Notes: generated from the sequence alone by a model not told the origin. Positions 33,047 through 44,021 are shown, counted from the first letter of the stretch. The stretch: 64,000 nucleotides of DNA from Pseudomonadota bacterium (GCA_040387495.1 JAZKDQ010000003.1:124001-188000); one strand, 5' to 3'. Numbers and translations are program-made.

Positions 33047-34669
33047 TCAAAATGTATCATCTTCATTATCACTATTAGAATCATCTACCGGAGCAGGAGG
33101 GCGGCCTGTAATATTTGCTATAACATTACTTAATTTAGGTTCAAATTCTTTTCTCAATCCTTCTATATTATCTGCTAACTTTTTCTCTTCTTTCTTTTTT
33201 TCTTTAATTAATCTTTCTAATTGCTGAACGTTAAGAGTAATCTGATTAATTTTTATTGCATTAGCTTCTTTTTTTTCAGTAGAAATCCCTGCTGTTTTTC
33301 TTGTTTCTGAATTTTCTCTTTTTAATTTACTTAACTCTACCACTAATGGTTTTTTTTGTTCTTCTAACTCCGCAATTTCTTTTTGTATGTTAGCTATAGA
33401 TTTTTCTAATTTCTTGTATCTTTCTTTTCCGCGCTCCTTTATTGACTCAACTTTTACTTTTGCGCTTACTAGGTATTTATCTTGACCTTTTTTTAGCTCA
33501 TCACTTAAAAATTTTGCAGCTTTTGTTTCATCTGATTTTTTTCCTTCAGCATTTTCTTTTTGTGTTATGTATGATTCTAATTTTCCAATTTTAATGGCTA
33601 ATGTATCTTCGTCTAATATGCCTGAAGCATTTCTAATTGTTATTATGATAATAGGCTTACTTGTCGCAAGTTGGTTGAATTCAACTTGAGAAATAGTTTT
33701 TGGGTGTGTAGCGATTGATGCTGCATTTAATGCTCTACTTCTTTGAGCTAAAGCCATTCCTAGTCCTGCATTATTTGTATCAGAATTATTTTCTTTGTTA
33801 GTTTGCTGACTTAAAAATTCAGCTATTTTAGCTGCACGCCTGTGTTCATTTGAATCGCTTTTTATAAATAACATCATTCTTTTCAATTTTGCTATATTTT
33901 CGTTGTTTAATCCTTTAAGTTCTTCAGGCACCTCTGCCGATGTTGGTGTTTCCTCATCTAAAGCCACAGCAGCTGGAGGTGTGTTTGGAATTGCATGTGC
34001 TGCAACCGGCGCCGGAGAAGGGACTCTTGTGTTCCCTGTTTCTGGCGATAGCGCCCGTTTGTAGTCGACCATGGAGTATCCATTAAGTGCCGCAGGAGGT
34101 TTGTTTTTTATTAAATCATACATATAAATGAACTCGTATGTCGTTAATATTTCACTGATCTCTTCTTCTGTTACATCTGTCAGATTTTTTTTAAGCTTAA
34201 GATGGATTAATCTTTCTAAGTCAGATTGTATAAGTAATTCATTTAAACTTTGTTTTATAAGCTGAGGTATGTGAAACAAATTCTTTTCCGTGCTTGGCAT
34301 CCTCTTTGTTGCTAAGTAAATGATAGTAAGGTTCTTATAATGATTTAGTCTGTCTGTTTTTTCTGATGCTGAAAGTGTAGTATCTTCGATAAGTACATTA
34401 TTGTTTTCAAGCAATTGTTTCAATGCATCGTGATCTGTTTCTTTTATAGCGAGTGCTGAATTAATAGTTATATATACTAAATTGTTTGCTTGTATTGGTG
34501 TTGCAGGCCTGTTTGAAAGCCCTTCCGAGCCACCCAGAAGGCCAACAATAGTGTTATGGGCCGCTAAGAGTTTCTTGTAATCGGCGTGAACAAATGTAGT
34601 TGCACCATAAAAACTGATGATTGACATGCTGATTAATAAACGTACTCGAATATTTTTTTTTATAGACAT
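33047..34669 (-). CDS. secreted AT-rich coiled-coil protein with acidic C-terminus
   Basis: 540-aa ORF with signal-like N-terminus, K/E-rich coiled coil and DDSNSDNEDDTF tail. Confidence 0.8.
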   Translation of the reverse strand: MSIKKNIRVRLLISMSIISFYGATTFVHADYKKLLAAHNTIVGLLGGSEGLSNRPATPIQANNLVYITINSALAIKETDHDALKQLLENNNVLIEDTTLSASEKTDRLNHYKNLTIIYLATKRMPSTEKNLFHIPQLIKQSLNELLIQSDLERLIHLKLKKNLTDVTEEEISEILTTYEFIYMYDLIKNKPPAALNGYSMVDYKRALSPETGNTRVPSPAPVAAHAIPNTPPAAVALDEETPTSAEVPEELKGLNNENIAKLKRMMLFIKSDSNEHRRAAKIAEFLSQQTNKENNSDTNNAGLGMALAQRSRALNAASIATHPKTISQVEFNQLATSKPIIIITIRNASGILDEDTLAIKIGKLESYITQKENAEGKKSDETKAAKFLSDELKKGQDKYLVSAKVKVESIKERGKERYKKLEKSIANIQKEIAELEEQKKPLVVELSKLKRENSETRKTAGISTEKKEANAIKINQITLNVQQLERLIKEKKKEEKKLADNIEGLRKEFEPKLSNVIANITGRPPAPVDDSNSDNEDDTF

Positions 34670-34717
34670 CTAAATGAGTCCTTTTGTAATATTTACTTGA
34701 TTATATGGAGAATAATA

Positions 34718-34732
34718 TTAATTTTTAGTTAA
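34718..34732. promoter_or_regulatory. CtrA-type box TTAA-tttttag-TTAA
   Basis: Exact match, 49 bp upstream of the start at 34669, in the region divergent to mucR. Confidence 0.5.
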
Positions 34733-34894
34733 AATTCCCTGTTAATGAGCATTTATGCGTTCATTTAATTGTGTCGCACATGCCACACAGATTTTATTTG
34801 TTATTGAAAGTGTTAATAAAGTGTAAATAATGTTTGCTCTTTTTTCTGTAGAGAAGTATAAATAGAAAACAAAACGTATTTATAGGATTTTTAT

Positions 34895-35377
34895 ATGACA
34901 GATACATCAAGCGTTTCTGAACTATTAGGATATGCAAGCCGCATTACAGCTGCTTATATTTCAAACAATAAAACAGCTATTGATGAGCTTCCGGCAGTTG
35001 TTACGCGTATTTTTCAGGCTTTGTCTGAAGTTTGCCGTAATCCGCATAATTATAAGACAGGCTTATCACTTGCGCCGGCTGTGCCAATTGAAGAGTCAGT
35101 TCATGAAGAATATATTGTGTGTTTAGAAGATGGCAAAAAATTACAGATGTTAAAACGTCATTTGAATTCTATGTATGGCATGTCACTCGAGCAGTATAAA
35201 GAACGTTGGGGTCTCCCTATGGATTATCCTGTTGTTTCACCAAGTTATGCGCGCCGCCGGAGTGCTATTGCAAAGAGTATAGGTCTTGGTAAAACAGGCC
35301 GTAAGCCACGTATTCGCGTTATGCAAGGTTCAGAAACGTCAACGGGCCAGGAACAAGTTGCCATTCTTGCACGTTAA
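34895..35377 (+). CDS. mucR: Ros/MucR-family transcriptional regulator
   Basis: ITAAYISNN, PAVPIEESV..YIVCLEDGKKLQMLKRHL..Y..RWGLP.DYP.V.PSYA.RRS.IAK.IGLG. Confidence 0.93.
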   Translation: MTDTSSVSELLGYASRITAAYISNNKTAIDELPAVVTRIFQALSEVCRNPHNYKTGLSLAPAVPIEESVHEEYIVCLEDGKKLQMLKRHLNSMYGMSLEQYKERWGLPMDYPVVSPSYARRRSAIAKSIGLGKTGRKPRIRVMQGSETSTGQEQVAILAR

Positions 35378-35383
35378 TTATCT

Positions 35384-35500
35384 AAGCTTCATTAATGGTT
35401 GATTACTTCAATGATCTTCTGGCCTCTGGGTGCACATTTACTATAGTAAACTTCGTGCCTTAACTATTTCTTATTTAGTACTCAACCATTTCTGAAACTG
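35384..35500. repeat. palindromic MITE/RPE-like element, copy 2
   Basis: Same length, terminal repeats and internal hairpin position as 5851-5966. Confidence 0.7.
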
Positions 35501-35656
35501 ATCTTACTTGCACTATAGATGAAGATGTACCAGATTTAGCCTTGGATCGAATTCGCAAAGAATTTCTTCAGGGCTTTTTGATTTTTGACCTTTGGCTTGA
35601 CCCAAAGGTATTGTTGTTTTAAGTTGAAGTCACATTAAGAGAGACGAGAAAATCCC

Positions 35657-37027
35657 ATGTCAAAAAAATTATATATCAAAACGTATGGCTGCCAGATGAA
35701 TGTATATGATTCGCAACGCATGGTTGATTTGCTTTCTCCACTTGGGTATGAAATGACTGAATCTCCGGCCGATGCGGATATGGCGATTTTAAATACATGT
35801 CATATACGTGAAAAGGCTGAGCAAAAGGTGTTTTCGGATCTCGGGCGTTTGCGTATTGTTAAGGACGAACGTGCTCAATCTGGTAAAGATATGATGATCG
35901 CTGTTGGTGGTTGTGTTGCACAAGCTGAAGGTGCTGAAATTATTAAGCAAGCACCTTATGTGAGTATGGTTTTTGGTCCGCAAGCGTATCATAAATTGCC
36001 TGAAATGATTGCTAAAACTACGCGTGAACGTGACATCAAAGATGGCAAAAAAAAGAATATTGGTGTGGTTAATACTGATTTCCCTGTAGAAAGTAAATTT
36101 GATTTTCTGCCGCAGCCAACATCCTCCACAATTTCCTCGTATGTTTCAGTTCAAGAGGGATGTGATAATTTTTGCACATTCTGCGTTGTGCCTTATACAC
36201 GCGGGGCTGAGTATTCACGTCCGGTTGCAGATATTATTGCAGATACGCGTCGTTTAGTTTCATTGGGTACAAAAGAAATTACATTGCTTGGACAAAATGT
36301 AAATGCCTTTCATGGGATTGCACCAAATTCAAATGATCTTGAATGGGGCCTTGGTCGCTTAATCTATGAATTGGCTGAGATCGAAGGGTTAGAGCGTATT
36401 CGTTATACGACTTCACATCCAATGGATATGGATGACGAACTTATCAAAGCACATGGCGATGTTCCACAGTTAATGCCGTATTTGCATCTGCCTATTCAAT
36501 CGGGTAGTAATCGTGTGTTAGAAGCAATGAATCGTCGCCATACAACGGATCATTATCTGCAGGTTATTGAACGGTTGCGTAAAGCGCGCTCTGATATTGC
36601 CATGTCATCTGACTTTATTGTTGGGTTTCCAGGCGAGACAAAAGAAGATCACATGCAAACGCTTGATTTAGTTCGCGCAGTGAATTATGCACAAGCGTAT
36701 TCGTTTAAATATAGTATCCGTCCTGGAACACCTGCGGGTGCGATGGATTTGCAAGTACCAGAACCAGTTAAAGTTGAACGTTTGGCAGAATTGCAAGATT
36801 TGCTTAATGAGCAGCAACTTGCATTCAATCAAAGTAAAGTTGGTACAAAGCAGCAGGTATTAGTTGATCGTGAAGGTAAACGTGATGGCCAGTTATCTGG
36901 TAAAACACCATTTATGCAGTCTGTTCATTTCGATGGGAATCCACGTTTGCAGGGTCAAACGATTGAAGTTTTGATAACAGAAGCATTACCTAATAGTGTG
37001 GCAGGTGTTGTGGATACAGTTGGGTAA
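35657..37027 (+). CDS. miaB: tRNA-2-methylthio-N6-dimethylallyladenosine synthase
   Basis: TYGCQMNVYDS, CDNFCTFC radical-SAM motif, DFIVGFPGET, C-terminal TRAM domain. Confidence 0.97.
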   Translation: MSKKLYIKTYGCQMNVYDSQRMVDLLSPLGYEMTESPADADMAILNTCHIREKAEQKVFSDLGRLRIVKDERAQSGKDMMIAVGGCVAQAEGAEIIKQAPYVSMVFGPQAYHKLPEMIAKTTRERDIKDGKKKNIGVVNTDFPVESKFDFLPQPTSSTISSYVSVQEGCDNFCTFCVVPYTRGAEYSRPVADIIADTRRLVSLGTKEITLLGQNVNAFHGIAPNSNDLEWGLGRLIYELAEIEGLERIRYTTSHPMDMDDELIKAHGDVPQLMPYLHLPIQSGSNRVLEAMNRRHTTDHYLQVIERLRKARSDIAMSSDFIVGFPGETKEDHMQTLDLVRAVNYAQAYSFKYSIRPGTPAGAMDLQVPEPVKVERLAELQDLLNEQQLAFNQSKVGTKQQVLVDREGKRDGQLSGKTPFMQSVHFDGNPRLQGQTIEVLITEALPNSVAGVVDTVG

Positions 37028-37098
37028 TGCTTACCATCCCTTCCTCATAGTGTTATCCACGGGCTTGATCTACTGTTGTATGAATATTGCAAAGCCGG

Positions 37099-37202
37099 AT
37101 GTCATCCCCGCGAAGGCGGGGATCTGGATCTGTTTAACTTACCACTTCAGATCATTTTTTGTTTGATTATTTCCTGGATTCCCGCCTTCGCGGGAATGAC
37201 AT
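37099..37202. repeat. inverted pair of GTCAT-type REP-like palindromes
   Basis: atGTCATCCCCGCGAAGGCGGGGATCtgga ... tcctgGATTCCCGCCTTCGCGGGAATGACat between convergent miaB and polA. Confidence 0.9.
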
Positions 37203-37228
37203 AGTGTTTGTATGAAATACGACAAACC

Positions 37229-39943
37229 CTAATGCGCCTCATCCCAATTTGATCCCACTCCCGCCTCAACAATCAGTGGTACCGATAGCTGCACAACACT
37301 TTCCATAATTGATTTTACTTTTGGGGTAAAGGTATCAACCTCTGCTGTTCTTACCTCAAATACTAATTCATCATGCACCTGCAATAGCATACGTGCATCC
37401 ATTGGATCTGCCTGAAGCCATTGATGAACCTGTGCCATAGCCTTTTTAATAATATCAGCATTTGTTCCTTGAAGGGGCGCATTAACGGCTTGGCGTTCAG
37501 CAAATTGGCGAATGGCTCCATTCTTGTCATGAATACCTGGCGTATAGCAACGACGACCCATAAGTGTTGTTACATGCCCTTTTGCGCGCGCCTCATCTTT
37601 CATACGTGACATGAACGTTTCAACACCTGGGTAACGCTCTAGATATGATTTGATTAAAGCAGAGGCAGTTGTATTTGGGATGCTAAGTTGTTGCCCGAGC
37701 CCGTATGCACTGATGCCATAGATGATGCCAAAGTTAACAGTTTTAGCTTGGCGACGTTGCTCAGACGTAACTTGGTCATAAGGAATGCCAAATAGGCTGC
37801 TTGCCGTTGTTTTATGAATATCAACGCCATCAAGAAATGCTTGTTTAAGCGCAGGGATATCAGCAAAATGCGCCAACAAACGTAATTCAATTTGTGAATA
37901 GTCAAGTGAAACAACCACATAACCATCATCAGCAATAAACGCTTTTCGAATACGTCGTCCATCTTCTGTGCGAATGGGTATGTTCTGAAGATTTGGTTCC
38001 GAGGATGAAAGACGCCCTGTGCTTGTGCCTGTTAATGCATATGATGTGTGAATGCGAGCCGTTTCTGAATCAATTTGTGCAAGCAGTCCTTCGACATAGG
38101 TTGATTGCAGTTTAGCAAGGCTTCGCCACTGTAAAACTTTTTCAGGTAGGACATGGCCTTTTTGGACGAGATCCTCAAGTACATCAGCATCCGTTGTATA
38201 TGCGCCTGTTTTTGTACGTTTTGGTGCGGGTAGGCCCTGTTCATCAAACAAAACCTCCCCCAGTTGTTTGGGTGATCCAATATTGAATTCATGCCCAACT
38301 AGGTGAAATATGTCTTTTGAGAGAATTTCCATGCGGTGCGCTAGCTCCACACCATAATTCTTAAGTGTGGTTGGATCAACGCGAACACCATAATATTCCA
38401 TCATTGCAATTACAGAAACTAGTGGACGTTCTACATCATAATAAAGCGTAGAAACCTGCTGTTCGGTTAGCTTTGGTTTGAAATGCTCGTATAACATTAG
38501 CGTGAGTTCAGCATCTTCCGCGGCATAGGTTGTGGCTGTTTTAAGATCAATTTGATCAAAGGTTTTTTGATTCTTGCCTGTGCCTGCGATGCTTTCAAAA
38601 CTGATGCTATCACGTTTGAAGTATTTTTTTGTAAGATAGCCCAGGCTATGACTATGCTGGCCGCCAAAAAGGCAATATGACATCAACATGGTATCTTCGA
38701 TTGATCGCATTGTCAGGCCATCTTTGGCAATGATGCTTATGTCATATTTAAGATTATGCCCAACCTTTAATATACCTGTATGATTGAGAAAGTTTGCTAG
38801 CAATGATTTTATCGCATTGAAATCTGCTTGGGTTTCTTCGGTTGTATGACGAAAAGGGATGTATGCTGCTTTGATTGTTCCATTGCTCGCACGAAAAGCA
38901 AAAGAGCACCCAACCCACGTTGCCTGACGAATATGAAGTGATGTTGTTTCGGTATCAAATGCAACGACATCTGCAAGGGATGCTTCATCAAGAAAAGCCT
39001 TAATTTCTTCAGTTTTTATCAACATTAAATAATCATTACTCATCTGTACCGAAAGAGTAGGGACGCTTGCCGTCGACTCGCCATTGAGTAACCGAACTTC
39101 ATTTTGCACACGACTAAGAAGTGTTTTAAAGCCCATACGTGTTAGAAAATCAAGTGTTGCTGGTGATACACCCTTCACAAACAGCGAATCAAAATCAAGC
39201 GGAATGGTTAGATTGTCAACAAGCGTTACTAGTTTTTTTGAAACACGCGCTTTGTCAGCATTATCAATCAGTGTTTGACGGCGCTTAGGCTGTTTTATGG
39301 TGTGTGTTTGAGCAAGTAGTGTTTCGAGATCTCCATAGGATAGAATCAGTTCGGCTGCCGTTTTAACACCGATACCAGCCACACCTGGAATATTATCAGA
39401 TGCATCGCCTGCAAGCGCCATAACATCAATTACTTTTGCAGGAACAACACCAAATCGTTCAACAACTTCATTGACGCCAATTGCTTTGCGCTTGAGTGGA
39501 TCATAAATACTGATTTTATCATTTACAAGCTGCATTAAATCTTTATCGCCTGAAACAATAACGACTTTAAACCCAACAGTTTCTGCTTGGCGTGCATAGG
39601 ATGCAATGAGATCGTCGGCTTCATAATCAGCCATTTCAACAGATGGAACACCAAACGCCGCACATGCGTCACGAAACAGTGGAAATTGCGGAACTAAATC
39701 TTCGGGGGCAGGGGGGCGATGTGCTTTGTATTCGGCGTACATACGTTGACGAAATGTTTGGCGTCCCGCATCAAATACGACAAGGAAGTGATGATGACTA
39801 TGTTCGACGATAAGTTGACGCAGCATATTACAAAAGCCATACACGGCACCAACCGGCGTGCCATCAGGTGCTGTTAATGGAGGCAATGCGTGGTATGCGC
39901 GAAAGATAAAGCCGGAGCCGTCAATCAGATAGAGTTCGTTCAT
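37229..39943 (-). CDS. polA: DNA polymerase I
   Basis: LIDGSGFIFRAYHA, EADD, GDASDNIPGV, FDTET, TGRLSS.EPNLQNIP, DYSQIELR, QVHDEL. Confidence 0.98.
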   Translation of the reverse strand: MNELYLIDGSGFIFRAYHALPPLTAPDGTPVGAVYGFCNMLRQLIVEHSHHHFLVVFDAGRQTFRQRMYAEYKAHRPPAPEDLVPQFPLFRDACAAFGVPSVEMADYEADDLIASYARQAETVGFKVVIVSGDKDLMQLVNDKISIYDPLKRKAIGVNEVVERFGVVPAKVIDVMALAGDASDNIPGVAGIGVKTAAELILSYGDLETLLAQTHTIKQPKRRQTLIDNADKARVSKKLVTLVDNLTIPLDFDSLFVKGVSPATLDFLTRMGFKTLLSRVQNEVRLLNGESTASVPTLSVQMSNDYLMLIKTEEIKAFLDEASLADVVAFDTETTSLHIRQATWVGCSFAFRASNGTIKAAYIPFRHTTEETQADFNAIKSLLANFLNHTGILKVGHNLKYDISIIAKDGLTMRSIEDTMLMSYCLFGGQHSHSLGYLTKKYFKRDSISFESIAGTGKNQKTFDQIDLKTATTYAAEDAELTLMLYEHFKPKLTEQQVSTLYYDVERPLVSVIAMMEYYGVRVDPTTLKNYGVELAHRMEILSKDIFHLVGHEFNIGSPKQLGEVLFDEQGLPAPKRTKTGAYTTDADVLEDLVQKGHVLPEKVLQWRSLAKLQSTYVEGLLAQIDSETARIHTSYALTGTSTGRLSSSEPNLQNIPIRTEDGRRIRKAFIADDGYVVVSLDYSQIELRLLAHFADIPALKQAFLDGVDIHKTTASSLFGIPYDQVTSEQRRQAKTVNFGIIYGISAYGLGQQLSIPNTTASALIKSYLERYPGVETFMSRMKDEARAKGHVTTLMGRRCYTPGIHDKNGAIRQFAERQAVNAPLQGTNADIIKKAMAQVHQWLQADPMDARMLLQVHDELVFEVRTAEVDTFTPKVKSIMESVVQLSVPLIVEAGVGSNWDEAH

Positions 39944-40034
39944 TAGAATTTCATTTGTTAATTGAGTCTGGTGCTACGATAACGAATTTTAGGTTGCATT
40001 GACAGCGGGATTTTGTATTTACAGTGATGTCGTG

Positions 40035-41273
40035 TCAATCAAACCGTCGGATAAACGTCGCAATTTTAGGCTTTATAACCTCACGCCAGCGTTTTCCATT
40101 GAAAATGCCGTAGTGCCCAACACCTTTTTGTAAAAGAAATTCTTTTTTATTGTTCGCTAAATTCACACAAAGAGTATGTGCCGCATAGGTTTGTCCGGGA
40201 CACGAAATATCGTCACGTTCTCCTTCAACGGTTAATAATGCCGTTTTTTGAATGAATTCTGGATTAATGGGGTGGCCACGAAATGTCATTCGACCAAGCG
40301 GTAAATCAAACGTTTGGAAAACGCGTGTAATGCTTTGAATATAATATTCTGCAGGCACGTCCATTACGGATCGATATTCATTATAAAACAATCGGTGTGT
40401 TTCTGCCGGCTCCAGATCACCTTGAACCAAATGTTGAAATAAGCTAAAGGATGCTTCTTGGTGGCGATCAATATTGAGTGCCATAAACCCGTTTAACATA
40501 ATAAATCCTGGGCAAACACTACGTCCTGCTCCAGGGTGATAGGCTGGGATCTTATCGACAATATTACGCTCAAACCAATCAACAGTATGGTCTAACGCAA
40601 ATTTATTGACAACCCCAGGATTGATACGTGCATCAATTGGGCCACCCATTAGTATTACTGATTTTGGCTGCTGGGGCGAGTCAATCATTGCAAGATATGC
40701 GGTTGCCATCATGACAGGAACAACGGGTTGACAGACGGCTAGAATATGAACATTACCATGGAAAGTTGATAAGAACTCCAATAGCAAGTCAGTGTAGTGA
40801 TCGAGTGTAAACGGACCTTCAAGCAATGGAATTAGCCTGGCATCTTTCCAATCTGTAATCCATACATTATGATCGGGTAAAAGTGCGCGTATTGTGTCAC
40901 GAAGTAGCGTTGAAAAGTGCCCAGACAAAGGGGCGACAATAAGCACATTGGGATCATTTACGCCAAATGGATGACCTTCATGTAAGCGTTTAAAATGGAC
41001 TAAATTGCAAAAAGGTCGATCGAGTACACTTATTTCTTCAATTGTGATTTTTTTTGTGCAACATTCCGTTTGTACTGTTATTTCAGAAAAGCCGAATTCT
41101 GGTTTTATATAGAGGCGTGTTGTTCTTTCTACGACTTCATTGCTGGCGGAATAAAGTCTACCCCAGGGAGTATTATCAAGAGAGAACATGCTAATGAACA
41201 ATCCATTTGCCTCGCTCCATAAATGGGCGGGTAGCATGGCTGCATTTTTGAATTCATGTAATTCGTATAACAT
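40035..41273 (-). CDS. phaZ: intracellular polyhydroxyalkanoate depolymerase
   Basis: VAPLSGHFSTLLR, ITDW.DAR, AVCQP, MGGPIDAR, EGERDDIS, VGHYGIFNG. Confidence 0.93.
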   Translation of the reverse strand: MLYELHEFKNAAMLPAHLWSEANGLFISMFSLDNTPWGRLYSASNEVVERTTRLYIKPEFGFSEITVQTECCTKKITIEEISVLDRPFCNLVHFKRLHEGHPFGVNDPNVLIVAPLSGHFSTLLRDTIRALLPDHNVWITDWKDARLIPLLEGPFTLDHYTDLLLEFLSTFHGNVHILAVCQPVVPVMMATAYLAMIDSPQQPKSVILMGGPIDARINPGVVNKFALDHTVDWFERNIVDKIPAYHPGAGRSVCPGFIMLNGFMALNIDRHQEASFSLFQHLVQGDLEPAETHRLFYNEYRSVMDVPAEYYIQSITRVFQTFDLPLGRMTFRGHPINPEFIQKTALLTVEGERDDISCPGQTYAAHTLCVNLANNKKEFLLQKGVGHYGIFNGKRWREVIKPKIATFIRRFD

Positions 41274-41443
41274 ATCATTTTTAATATAAAATCTTTTATT
41301 TATTATATTATTAGAATGGTTAATATAATGTGAATTTAAACAAAAATAAAAATAATATTCGTCACTCTTGTCGCGCCAGGCTTGACCTAATGATTTTTGT
41401 TCCTTCTTTAATGAGTATTTTTAGATACCGTTTGTAAATGGAA

Positions 41444-42211
41444 TTACTTATCCAACGCATACGAAAAAATATTGGTCGTGAACAAAGGAAAAAATCCTAG
41501 TTTTTGATAAATTGAAAGTCCTGATTCAGAAGCCTCTAAAAAGCAATGCGATGCCCCCAATTCTTTTGCTTTTGCTAAGGCAAAATTAACAAGGCAGGTC
41601 GCGTGACCTTTTCTTTGGTGCTCAGGTATAGTGCCTACATCGTCGATGCGCGCAACAGTTCCATGGACTGACAAGGTAATTGACGTAATTGGTTTGTCGT
41701 TCTCATATAAATTATAGTGATATAAACGAGATTTCAGCGCTTGTGCATATTTATGGGCATCAGCATAACATGTTGTCATGCTAAAGGTTGATTCAAAGGA
41801 TTCAATCATTGGAATCATCCACTCATACAACTTATCATCGTTTGCACGTATTTCCGCACCATCGTATGCACCAGATGCTGCAGTTTTCAAGTCAAGTGCC
41901 ATAGCAACTGATTTTCCTGCCTGGTGGTATCCTGCATCATGTATAACTGCGTCCGTTCCATTCGGGCACAAATCTTCTGGAACAATAGCAACAAACAAAA
42001 GATTGTGTTGATCGTAAAATTTTTTGCATTTTGAAAGGATGGTTTCAATCGATTCTTTATTGTTTCGAATATATACAATGTTGAGGTCTCTGACGGGGAC
42101 TCCGGTCATATAAGCCGTTGCTGTGTCAGAAATATCTAAGCAATCTGAAGAAATACTACGAAAAAAGTAGTCTTCAGCACTGTGGTATGCCGTAATAAGG
42201 GATGCTGACAC
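41444..42211 (-). CDS. GNAT-family N-acetyltransferase
   Basis: IDDVGTIPEHQRKGHA, FLEASESGLSIYQKLGF. Confidence 0.9.
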   Translation of the reverse strand: MSASLITAYHSAEDYFFRSISSDCLDISDTATAYMTGVPVRDLNIVYIRNNKESIETILSKCKKFYDQHNLLFVAIVPEDLCPNGTDAVIHDAGYHQAGKSVAMALDLKTAASGAYDGAEIRANDDKLYEWMIPMIESFESTFSMTTCYADAHKYAQALKSRLYHYNLYENDKPITSITLSVHGTVARIDDVGTIPEHQRKGHATCLVNFALAKAKELGASHCFLEASESGLSIYQKLGFFPLFTTNIFSYALDK

Positions 42212-42385
42212 GTTGAATCCTTTTTATTTTTATTGGCTATAAATAATCCATGCATTGTGCATAGAGAGTGCCTACTATTTCATGGGAAGTCAATAAATGT
42301 AAGGTATTTAGCACTATCATCCCTTTCAATGTATGGTTGTTTGCCGTAGTATGAGCAGAAAAGTAGATTTTAAAATACATGCCGT

Positions 42386-43024
42386 ATGTCTCATTTCCCG
42401 ATTGAACACATAATTTCTTTACAGCCAGTAGATTATCAAAATGCAATCGATGTAATGCAAACTCGCATTGCTTCTATCCATAAAGATGTGGCTAGCGGAT
42501 TATTGTGGTTTTTAGAGCATCCGTCACTTTATACAGCTGGCACAAGTGCGAAAGATTCTGATTTAGTATCACAAGGAGATTTTCCTGTGTATGAGGCAGG
42601 GAGGGGAGGGCAATATACCTACCATGGACCAGGGCAATTGGTTATCTATTCTATGATGGATTTAAAGGCTGTTGGCCTTGATGTTCGCAGTTATGTAAAA
42701 GCACTTGAGCACTGGATTTTACGTGTGCTTCAAACCTATGGAATTGAAGGCGCACTTTATCCTGATCGCATTGGTGTTTGGGTTACACATCCAGAAACAA
42801 AGAAAGAAGCTAAAATTGCTGCAATTGGCGTTCGTGTGACGCATGGCGTGACGTGGCATGGGTTATCTTTTAATATAACTACAAATTTAAATCATTATAA
42901 AGGGATAATACCCTGTGGAATTTCTGATTTCGGTGTAACTTCCTTGCTCGATCTTGGGGTAAGATCTTCTTTCAATGAAGTAATTTGTGCTTTTTGTGCA
43001 ACAATGCCGACACAATTTTCATGA
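42386..43024 (+). CDS. lipB: lipoyl(octanoyl) transferase
   Basis: LEHPSLYTAG, RGGQYTYHGPGQL, KIAAIG, HGLSFN, IIPCG. Confidence 0.96.
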   Translation: MSHFPIEHIISLQPVDYQNAIDVMQTRIASIHKDVASGLLWFLEHPSLYTAGTSAKDSDLVSQGDFPVYEAGRGGQYTYHGPGQLVIYSMMDLKAVGLDVRSYVKALEHWILRVLQTYGIEGALYPDRIGVWVTHPETKKEAKIAAIGVRVTHGVTWHGLSFNITTNLNHYKGIIPCGISDFGVTSLLDLGVRSSFNEVICAFCATMPTQFS

Positions 43025-43135
43025 AAACTGGCAAAATACGCGCCATATTAGTATTTTATTAAGAAAACATGTTGACCTATAAAAATAGCAATTTGTACAC
43101 TTTACGTATAACGACTACATATGAAAGGTTCAGTT

Positions 43136-43411
43136 GTGAACAGAGTTGATCTTATAAATAGTGTTTCGGCTTCTACAGGTCTAAAGAATCCAGATTCCGA
43201 ACGTGCAGTTGATGCCGTACTTGCATCAATAACAAGTGCTCTTAAGTCAGGTGACGAAGTTCGTCTTCTTGGTTTTGGTACTTTTGGTGTTACAAAGCGT
43301 CCAGCTGGTGAAGGCCGTAATCCACGCACAGGTGAAAAAATTCAGATTGCTGAAAAAGCAATTCCAAAATTCCGCCCTGGCAAACAACTAAAAGATGCTG
43401 TAGGTCTCTAA
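43136..43411 (+). CDS. DNA-binding protein HU
   Basis: GFGTF, GRNPRTGEKIQI, PKFRPGKQLKDAV; GTG start after GAAAGG. Confidence 0.95.
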   Translation: MNRVDLINSVSASTGLKNPDSERAVDAVLASITSALKSGDEVRLLGFGTFGVTKRPAGEGRNPRTGEKIQIAEKAIPKFRPGKQLKDAVGL

Positions 43412-43488
43412 AAAGTTCTTGCATCTAAAAAAGAACAATGCTAGTTATAGGGAGTCTTGATTTTAGGACTCCTTTTATACATAAAAAT

Positions 43489-43563
43489 GGGTGATTAGCT
43501 CAGCGGTAGAGCGTCTCGTTTACACCGAGAGGGTCGGAGGTTCAATCCCTTCATCACCCACCA
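43489..43563 (+). tRNA. tRNA-Val(TAC)
   Basis: gggtgat...atcaccc-acca, anticodon loop ttacac, GGTTCAATCC. Confidence 0.97.
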
Positions 43564-43580
43564 TTTTCCAGAAAAAAGCC

Positions 43581-44021
43581 ATGAATAATCTAGTTAGTTT
43601 AATTCTTGCTGTCTCTTTTCTTGCTGGCTGCGGCTGCAAATCAGATCCAACTCCTGAAACAAAAGATTCATATCCCCGTATATATCCAGCTCCTTTGGAA
43701 TCAAGTGTAGATGATAGAGATTCTGCGTTAAACTCCCCAAGTTCTTATGAAATTAAGCCAAAATCTTTAGTAATTGATCCCCCTAAAACTTATTTTAGTC
43801 CTGACACTGATAATAAGGATAGCGGATCAGTGTATATTCTTCCTGAAGTATCATCGCCAACCTATTCTGTATCTGAGCCAAATACAGCTCAGAAAATAGT
43901 GACGAGTCATCCTGAAGATAGGAATGTTTCACTTTATGCAAAGCCCACTGTGCCAGGTGCTCCACGGGCGGGGACAATAGGTGAGTTAATTACAGCAAAG
44001 CCAAAACAATATGTCAAATAA
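43581..44021 (+). CDS. putative lipoprotein, Pro/Ser-rich
   Basis: MNNLVSLILAVSFLAGC lipobox; the ORF-track start lies inside the tRNA and is wrong. Confidence 0.75.
   Translation: MNNLVSLILAVSFLAGCGCKSDPTPETKDSYPRIYPAPLESSVDDRDSALNSPSSYEIKPKSLVIDPPKTYFSPDTDNKDSGSVYILPEVSSPTYSVSEPNTAQKIVTSHPEDRNVSLYAKPTVPGAPRAGTIGELITAKPKQYVK

Noticed and set aside
43449..43477. Hairpin between the HU gene and tRNA-Val as a novel RNA
   Set aside because: Adequately explained as the HU terminator or a tRNA leader stem.
43491..43580. N-terminal extension of the lipoprotein ORF
   Set aside because: Lies within tRNA-Val; ATG 43581 gives a proper lipoprotein signal.
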